A stretch of 64,000 nt of DNA from the NCBI GenBank assembly GCA_963924565.1, contig OZ004611.1, forward strand, positions 26,536,001 through 26,600,000, read 5' to 3'. Source of the stretch: Ascidiella aspersa. Taxonomy: Eukaryota. Each line of letters begins with the position of its first letter. Within the stretch, counting starts at the first letter, position 1. This document shows, piece after piece, positions 52,401-61,400 of this stretch. The notes beneath the pieces are model-generated. The model worked only from the letters and a program-made list of their open reading frames with translations, searched no databases and had not been told where the DNA came from. The position numbers and the translations under genes were made by a program.

Positions 52401-55400
52401 CTTTGACCAAGCTCACCCAGCCAAAATATCAAAATGCACGTAGTAAATCAAAGAACGTCGCCCGACTTTGGATTTCCGTCGCGTGGCATTACGTCAACCA
52501 GCTGTGCGAATATTACGTGTTAGTGGCGAAATGGCCGCCATATAAGGCCACAATACGCTTAAAACGCATTAAACAGCGCCCTGTTGTTCAACGGCCACCC
52601 TTTGCGCGCAATAGGATGGCAAAACGTACCCACCCCTTATTGCGTTGGGTGTTAAGGCTTTGATGAGGATGCACAATATCCTCTCCTTTGAATTGTCAAC
52701 GATTAGCGCACTTAATTAAACATCTCGAAAATAATTTCTGGTAACTGTGGCGGTTTGCCAGGTTTTTGTTTACCAATGTGACGCTTCACTATTGACTGAG
52801 CAATGTCATGTCGTTGGTCAATTTCCAACTGTGACACTCATTTTCTTATTTAAAGCGTTTTTCCTCAATGGAAAAAGTCCCATTACGAAAGGCGTTAACG
52901 ATATATTTTAAGCAAGATGGCGTTCAAATTTAAGTTAATAATGTTAAATTACTCCCTCAATCTTATCCAATCGTGCTACGTGATTAACTGACAGCATTGA
53001 CGCGATTCTGGCACAACAATATTTTTGCAGCAGTCTTGGAGCATTTCGAACGTGGAAGCGACGGTTATTTCTGTTTCTGCGTACCGAGCAAACGGTGGGG
53101 CCTAGGCTTCGCTTCGTGCCTTTACTCTGGGCATTTGCATTCAGGCTTGCTGCCCGTGTGACTAAATACTCGCGAAACGCTGTAATTTCGATGGGCGCCC
53201 GCGAAATATAGACGCATTAGTGGCGGTGCCCGCCTGCCAAAGCAACGCGGCATCAAATTAACGTGATCGCTGTAGGGTTGCAAATATACATTGGAGCGCG
53301 AATTAAGCGCCCGATACTCAGTTATTACGTGATCCGGGTATTGCGACTGATCACATTCGCGAAAAATGCCAGCCCTTATAGGAAGCTTTGTAAATGCTGC
53401 ATTTTGTGAGCGCGGCAACTGCATTGGTTGTTATAGATTGTAGTAGTGTGTTGTGAAAAATGCGCTTATGCAGTAGCAAGATCCAATAGAAGACATTTTA
53501 GCGCGAAATGAATAATTTTCCACAAAGTTGTGTAGATGAATGCAAGTTGTTGCAGCAGTAAATAAAATGGGAAGAAAAACTGTGTGGCTTTAAAGCCAAT
53601 TAATACCGTTAGCATGACAAATGTAAAATGAATGCATTTCCGCCGACTGCATCGTACGATACAACAATAGGCTTAGAAACATCACCAAAGAAATAATAAC
53701 TACTTTTGCACCACGAAAAACGTTTCCCTACCCTCGCCTGGCGTCGGCATATGCCGTTGCAAGCCGTTTCCTTGGCGTCTCGCAAGTTGGCCTGGAGTGT
53801 GTTCGTCTTTGGCGAAAGCGGGTTAAGCTTTGTCAGGGATGAAACAGACAGCAAACAGAATTGGGCGACGGGAGCGAGCCTGAGTTGTTTCCGTTTGGTT
53901 CAGGCCAGTTGAGGAAACGGAGGACAAGATGCAGCAACGCGAGACTTTGACAGCCGAGGGGAAAGTTTGATGCATGGCGAGAAAGAAAGGGTCTTTTTTG
54001 TAAACCCGCGACTAACGCAAGCGATTTCGGTGCTGTGCAGACCGCTTTTCTAATTTCGGTCGAGGTAAAATGTAATACGCATATAAAGGACATATGGCTT
54101 AATTCCTCATGGTGAAATTGCTAACGAAATAACAGAATTCACAATTGTTAATAGGTACTATGCCCCTATCAAGCAAAAGCAACACAAGTTTAACATAAAC
54201 GACAAAAACTGAAAACTTGGACGTTGGGTGTCAAAATATACAGCGTAGCTTTTACTTTCAAATTTTTCTATCGGATAGTCCCTTTGTGCCTGGCAAATTT
54301 GATATAGCAGGCAATTTGATATTTTTAAGTAATTCGACGCAAATTTGTGGCATAAATTACTTTTTTCACGAAATATAGTATAAGAGTGTTAAAACAGTTT
54401 TCGGCAACCTGCTTCAGTTTTTAGCGATCTTTTCAAAAAATAATACATACAATTTAAAACTAGTAGCACACAGGGCAGAATTACGCGCAGCAGAGGCAGC
54501 AGATAAGTAGCAGTATTTGTGGTGGAATAGTGGGACTGCGTTTTGCGTGATGACTGCGGGCGACAGGTAATGGATCAACTCGATTTCCGCTTTCTCGCCT
54601 CGGCAGTAATCCGATCTCATCGCGCGCTCATCGCCCACATGCCGAGGAGCAGTAAGGCCGCCGCTTCTCCCCAGATGCGCTATCGTTGCCCTGTCACATG
54701 GATACCTATAGGCTTTGTTTGAGTTCTCCCGAGAAAAAAGGGCCGGCCAAAATTCGAAGGGCTAGTTTTTTCATTTAACGTGCCGCCTGGAGTTTGAAAA
54801 CTTGAAAAAGTGGGCGTTTGTTTTGCTTAAAAATTGTACATTTAAATTAAGAGCGGGATGAAAAGAGGTCGGGCCTTTAAGGAGCTGTTGCAACTGGCAT
54901 GTTGTGTTACAAGAAATAAGTCGTTCGCATCGTGCGTGGACGGTATTACTTTACCTGGTATGATCGTGCTTCAAATGGGTAATAGTGTTTTTGCGATCAG
55001 TATAGTTTAAGTATACTCCATTGATTGGCGTAAACGAGGTGTTTAACTTTCGTAAAGGAATTGAACGTTTTAAAATTATATTTTTTCAAAAGAGATCACC
55101 AGTCGTTGTTAAAGAATGCGTTAAGCGTCATGCTTGGTTATTGACGCTTCATGCATTTGCGGCACCCTTTGGGTTTGGGTAAATTGCGTAACCTTTAAGA
55201 AAATTGCGTTTGAGTTTTATTTAACTGTTGCGATAAAACTTATACTTTAAGGTCAATACATTAACCAACCACTGCATAAACACTTCTTACAAACGCAGAA
55301 AAAAACTTAAGTTTGCGTTTTCAAACTCCTCAAAATACCAGTAAGAAAGCGCGAAACCACAACCAAGTTGGCAGCACTTGGGGAAAAAGCAAGAGGTGTG

Positions 55401-58400
55401 ATGTACCGGGGGTTGAGAGAAAAAGAGAGAGAGAGAAGGACAAACGAGATGTTGTGGCGCGTCTCCTGTGAGAGCGCAGCCAGCCTTACAGGAACGTGCG
55501 TACGGATGCTTTCGAAACATATCTTTCCGCTTTTTAGCGTGTCGTTTTTTCTGCGGCCTGTTGACAGAAAGAGGGGCGGGGGGCACGCTTGCAGGCAGGC
55601 AGACGCTCTGTGCGCACGAAAAAGGCAGCACACGGTAGAGAAGACGCAGTCTGACTCGGAGCCCGGCACAACCTGAGTAAGCGAATGCTGCAGCGTGTAG
55701 AGTGTCCTTTAAACTGGTTTGTTTTGCCGCGGTCCAGTCTAGGGGAGGAAAAGGCGCCCGGCGTCCATTTAACGTGATGTTAGGCGGTTTTCGGGTCGTC
55801 ACGTTTGCCAGAAAAAAATAAATAGCGCAGCGCTGTCGTTGAGAGAGTTTTTTTTTTGTCATACGAACGCAAATGTTGTGTGAGCGGAATCTCCCTCTTT
55901 CGGCATTGCATAACCGACGGATATCTATTTTTATTGCGTTGTTTAGTGACTGTGTTAGCCTTGAAGAAAGCAGTTTACTGCTGAAACGTTGCAAAATTAG
56001 CGTGCGATCAGACCGACAGATATAGCATTAGTATTAAAAGTGCACTCGAAAATAGAAAAAAAAACTCATCAGTATAATAACTGTATTACATTATTGCATA
56101 TCGAGGGTTTCAGATAGATATCTCGTACAGTTAGTGTTGTTTATATCGGAGAGCAAACAGCTTATACGATGAGTCGCGAGGCGCGTGCCAGCTATATTTT
56201 TACCGCCCCTTATTTTGCGAAAGGAAGGTCTTTTTCCGGTGCGTGTGCTCAACGTGAGCTTAGGTGCTCTCGGACGGAGAAAGCACGCATCTATTCGAGA
56301 GAGCAATAACCTGGCTCGTATGTAACGTGACTTGTCGTTGCCTTCTGCTCATAGGCTTCCTTCCGTTCGTTCTCAGTGACTCGAGAAGTTTGGGAAACCG
56401 CTACACCTGCCGTCACTGTAGTAGCGCGTACATAACTAAGCGTTGCGTCTGAACGGAACGATTAGCGCGTGTTTTTCGGGATTGATTGATGTCAATGCGC
56501 CGGGTGTATGCAGTTTCCCAGGTTGTGAAAACGTGATGCAAATAATTTGACAAACAAGACAAAAAATTGCAGTTTAAAGGAAAGAACCGACCAGTGTTTT
56601 AAGTGAAATAGTCAAGGATTTTTGTAACCCTTACTACTTATTTTGACGCGCCTTTGTAATTTTCTTTACCATAAAAGTATGTATATATATGGACGCTTGT
56701 TTTGGCGAATTGCGTTGCAAGCCTTATGCAATAACCTCACAGCTTATTTCTCCACGACGGAGTTTCCTAATTAAACAGGAATGCCGTCGCGCTATATCCG
56801 GCTCGCCAAGTCATTACCCGGGAACGTTTCATGGCTGGTTTTCCTGGAAAAAGCCGATCGAGGTGCAGGTTGTTTTTAAGTTGAACCGCGCGCAAAAAAA
56901 GGAAAAAAACGCTGTTTGAAATTGCATTCTGCTTTGCGTGCTTTAGGTGACGGTTGCGTGTTTTCAGAACTTTCTCGCGACCAGTTTCGATGCTAAGCAG
57001 GGCGATTAGCGCTTTTAAAGGGTGAGCACTGGCTATGACGTTGCGATTAGCGTTTTCGGAAACTGACGCAACGCCGAGTTGATTTACTGGTAGATTTCCC
57101 TTCCAGGACCGCGTTTTTCTTATTTGTGGATAAGCCAAAATTTCATTGATTTTATTTTTGTCAGCAACAGATAGGCGGTAGACGTTATTTATAGGATGGC
57201 GAAATACTGCGTCAACGATTAGCGTGTCAGGTTATTTTATCTTTAAACAAAGGTTAGATTTTGATGTTATAGAAGCATGTACATTAACAAAACAGAATGT
57301 TGCATTTAAGGTTATTAAATCAGGCAACTGAGAAACTATTGTGGCAACATGCACAATAAAAAAAAGAAAACCCAAGGTGTTAACTGAGATTTCAATTCTT
57401 TTCGCAGCACCTTTGAGAACAGCAAACGAGGTTTTTTAGCGAACTCTGAACGTTCACCTGTGACAGCGAGCGACTTTGCCTTCGGTCAAAGCGCCAATTC
57501 CAAATCGGACATCGTCGGACGGCAATCGCGCGAAATCGACCCGAGCACCAACTTCGAGCCGAGCCTTTGCACCGCCGCCGGAAATCAGGACCCGATTTCC
57601 CGCCGAATGATGAAAATAAATTCGAACAACGACAACTCCACCGAAGAACTACGTGAGTCCATTTTTTCGAAACATATTGGATTTGAGACCGAATTTATGG
57701 ATGGGGTTGTGCGCTGTTTGTGCAAATGGGTTAAAACAATTGGCGGTAGTCTGTAGGTAATATAATAAACATAACCAACTGTGCAGAGGAAACATATGAG
57801 TTCATTTAAGGAGAAACAACATCTCAGAAAAACATATAGGTTATTGCGCGTTAATTGAAGAAATAGGCCTAAAATCAATAAATATGAAGGTAAAGTTGTG
57901 AACAAGTTCTTTTCAAGCACATCATTTTAAACCCGGTAATTTGAAATCGATAAAAGCACACCGATATCGTTCAAAATCGATAGCGCACTCGCGGGGAATT
58001 TAGCATGGGAAAAGCAACTTAGTTGGATGCTTTTTCCCGCGATCGGTTTCAGTTGAAAGCCGTGGACAAAAGCCCCTGCTGCGCTGGTGTAATGCACAGG
58101 GAGCCGTAAAATAACTGGGGCGTGCCTAATGAACGAGCGCGGTTACGGACTTTAGTTGACCAAGCCGGGTCATTGTTGCACGAACAAAACGAGCACAATT
58201 GAAGCGCCGTTCCGCGCTTTTTTACCGATAAGGTATAAAAGTGAAAGCGACTCCGTGACCTATTTTATTAACCCGTCGACAACAAAACCTCAGTTGTTTT
58301 GTTTCAAAATAGCGCGGCAATTCGTTCGAGAAAGCGTTAGTGCTCCAGTTCAAATTGTAAACCGATTTTGTTTGTTAGCAATACACAAATTTATTAACTA

Positions 58401-61400
58401 TATAAGGTTTTAGGGACTTGGCGGGTATCCGCCAGTTGGTAAAACTAAAAATATTTAAACCTTTTTTGGGATAATACGAAGGATTAGCTCCGTGGTAACG
58501 GAAAGTTAGGTAAAATTTAATTAAAAGCTAGTTTTCGGACTTTACATCACACATCCAATTGTCGTGCAATTAATGTGAACAAGGACAGGCCTTTTTGTGA
58601 CAGTCTGCTTGCAAACTCATTGGGGGGAGTTTCCGAATTTTCTTGCGTCATAGAGCGCTCGCGATGGACACATGTTGCATCAACGCGCGTGTAAACAAGC
58701 GCGATCCCCTTTATTACGTCACAACGCGTCTAATTCGGCATTTTCGAAAGTCACGTTTTCTGCGTTGCGACAACACGCCAAAGACCGCGCTCGGGTAAAG
58801 GAGCCCACGTGACCGAAAAGCGACCGAGCGTGACGAAAAGTGACGTCACACGCCAGGAGCGATGCCATTGGTCGGCGTCGGGCGCAGAATGATTTCGCAG
58901 AATTTGACTTAACGACTTTTGTAGCCCGATGATGATCATATAGGACGTCGGTAACCTTAATTAGACAGCGTACTGAGCCGTTCGTTGTAAGGGGGAACGG
59001 CTAATTGATTATTAATGGCGCTTCGCACAGTGTATTCGAGCGCACGCGCATCGCGATCCAATGTCCTTCGAGTGTTTTTTATTGTCGGAAATTCCCGCTC
59101 CCTTATTTGCAATTTTTACAGCCGTCGGTAGCGTAGTTAAATTTGTCTTCGCCGATATGTCTGGTTGGAAACTTGCCGAAACCAAAAGCCCACCAATTCG
59201 AGAAAGTATAATTTATTGACGAATTTAAGGCTCCAAAGGGGGCTGAAGAAATTCGTAATGGGAAAGAGTTCAAACGTGCGAGGCATCAGGAGCAACTCCA
59301 TTACGAAATCAAACAGCTTCCGGGCCGCAGATTAAAAACCCTGATTTTTAGCATTTTTATGACAAGTCACAACGAAAAATCAATTGTAAATGGTTCTTCT
59401 GACAAAGATTTCATCATTAGCAAAATTTGTTTGGATTATTTATATATACGGGTAGCCTTCAAGGCGATGAATATATAGGTAATCGAAACGTTGGCGCTTT
59501 TATAAAAAAAATCCCTGATAAACCATTACATTTGTTTATTCAAAACAAGAAATCAAAATAAGTTTAATTCACCATCAGTCTGAATCCCAGCAACATATAA
59601 TATAAGGAAGGCGTTAAGCTATTTCATGGACTCAAGTAATCTGAGTACAAGAAAATGTTAAACTGTAATTGCAATGATTCAAGAAAATAAAAATTGCAAA
59701 GCTCAAAAGTTCGAGTAGATCGACATCATATTAATAATACGATTCGATACGATCTTATATCATTTCCATTACTGAAGATAATACAAGCTCTTATCGAAAC
59801 GTATTAATCAAGATGATGTCGATCTACTCCAACTTTTGGGCTTTGCGGTTCAATATCAAGCTGCATTACAGCTCCGTGCGCAGTGTAACCAAGAAATAAA
59901 AAATGTTCAATTTGTGCTTTCAGGACACCAGGAGCGTCTCCGATTGGACGAGTCTATTCTGAAGCGGATTAACGGCGACAGTAGCGAAGCGGCCAACAAG
60001 AGCTACATCATGCACAACTTCCTGAACAGCGTCCAGCAAGCGCTGGCAGTCGCCAACATGGAGAAGGAATCGCGTGACAACCAAGTGCAATGGGTGAGTG
60101 TTAGGGGCTTGACATTTTAAACATGAGATGCTGTTGGAGTCGCATAACACCTTGCCGAAATTTGTGCTTATTTTCTGGAAAAAAAATTGGGGGAAATTTT
60201 AAACCTTTCAACCAAAACTTGTTGAACCCTTAAGGCCAAATTTGCGTTAAAAACCGTTTAGCGAAATGTATTTGTTTTGCAAACTTGAATATACCCAGCA
60301 GTGTTTAGTTCGCCCTTGAATGTGTATACTTTTCGCATTTCCAGCGGGTGCTGATATTTTCTGCGTACATATTACGACAAATGTTGCAATTTAAATTACA
60401 AGCACGTTAAGGTTTCGCTTTACCATCACGTCATCCCTTGCGACATATTTTTACTATTTTGCATTACACCACCCCAAGTTAAGTTTCTCCCCCGTAAATT
60501 TTCTCCTACTTTAACGCAAGGTCCGAACCGGCATTTTAAAGGTTGTCTATTGTGGTTATCGGAATAAGGGTAATGTAAACTTTTATCAACTAAAAGTGCC
60601 ATTCACAGTGGACTGAATGAGGTATAATTGTATGGTACAATGTTCCCTAAAACTGAATCATTTCTCGCAGCTGAATGCGCTTAGGAGTCCGGAGCGTCGA
60701 ATCGACTCCCGGTTCGGGATTGGGGGGAATCAAGAGCTCCAAAACTCGCCTTTTTCTCTCCTTAACCCGAGCCAGTACCAGGCGAACGGCTCGAGCCCCA
60801 ACCTGACAGACAAGGAGCAGATACAAGATAGGTGGAACAACAGCAATAGCAACAACTCGGTTTCCCTTCCACCCTACAGCCTACTGCTGCAGCAGCAGCT
60901 TATGCAGGCCGCTCTTTCCAATGCCGCAGCCGGCAGGATGCCCGGATTTGCGCCAAATTTCTTCCAACAGGTACAGAACGAGTGATTTTTGTGCTTGACA
61001 ACAAGTTTTGTAATATTGTCGCATTGTAAAGGACACAAGAACTTGCCGAAACGCTAGCCTAAAATTTTTTCAACTTTTAACGGTTTTCGTTTACATTATG
61101 TCATATAATCTGTGATTGGTGTATAAAACTACATTTGGTTAATGTTTAGGGCCCACAAAGGATTATTCGGTTTGCTGTTAAACATCGTATTGCTAAATAT
61201 TTATCTTCGAATAATTTTCTAATAAGATTTCGAAAGGTTCTTGTTTTTGAAAGCTGTTCCAAAAACAATTTGATCAAATCATAAAAAAAAACAATTCAAT
61301 TCAAATCATGGTTATGCTTTTTAGGCCCTGGCTTTGTCTGCCGTTCAGTCAAATCTTCAGCAACAGCAAAATGTTGACAAAAACGCCCCTGTTCAGTCAA

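Noticed and set aside
55287-55994. 235-aa minus-strand ORF, the longest in the track
   Set aside because: Non-ATG start, no domain, antisense to a GA/GC-rich regulatory-like block; composition is not protein-like.
59455-59500. Another hammerhead-like remnant (cgatga...tcgaaacgttgg)
   Set aside because: CTGA box incomplete and no convincing stem II.
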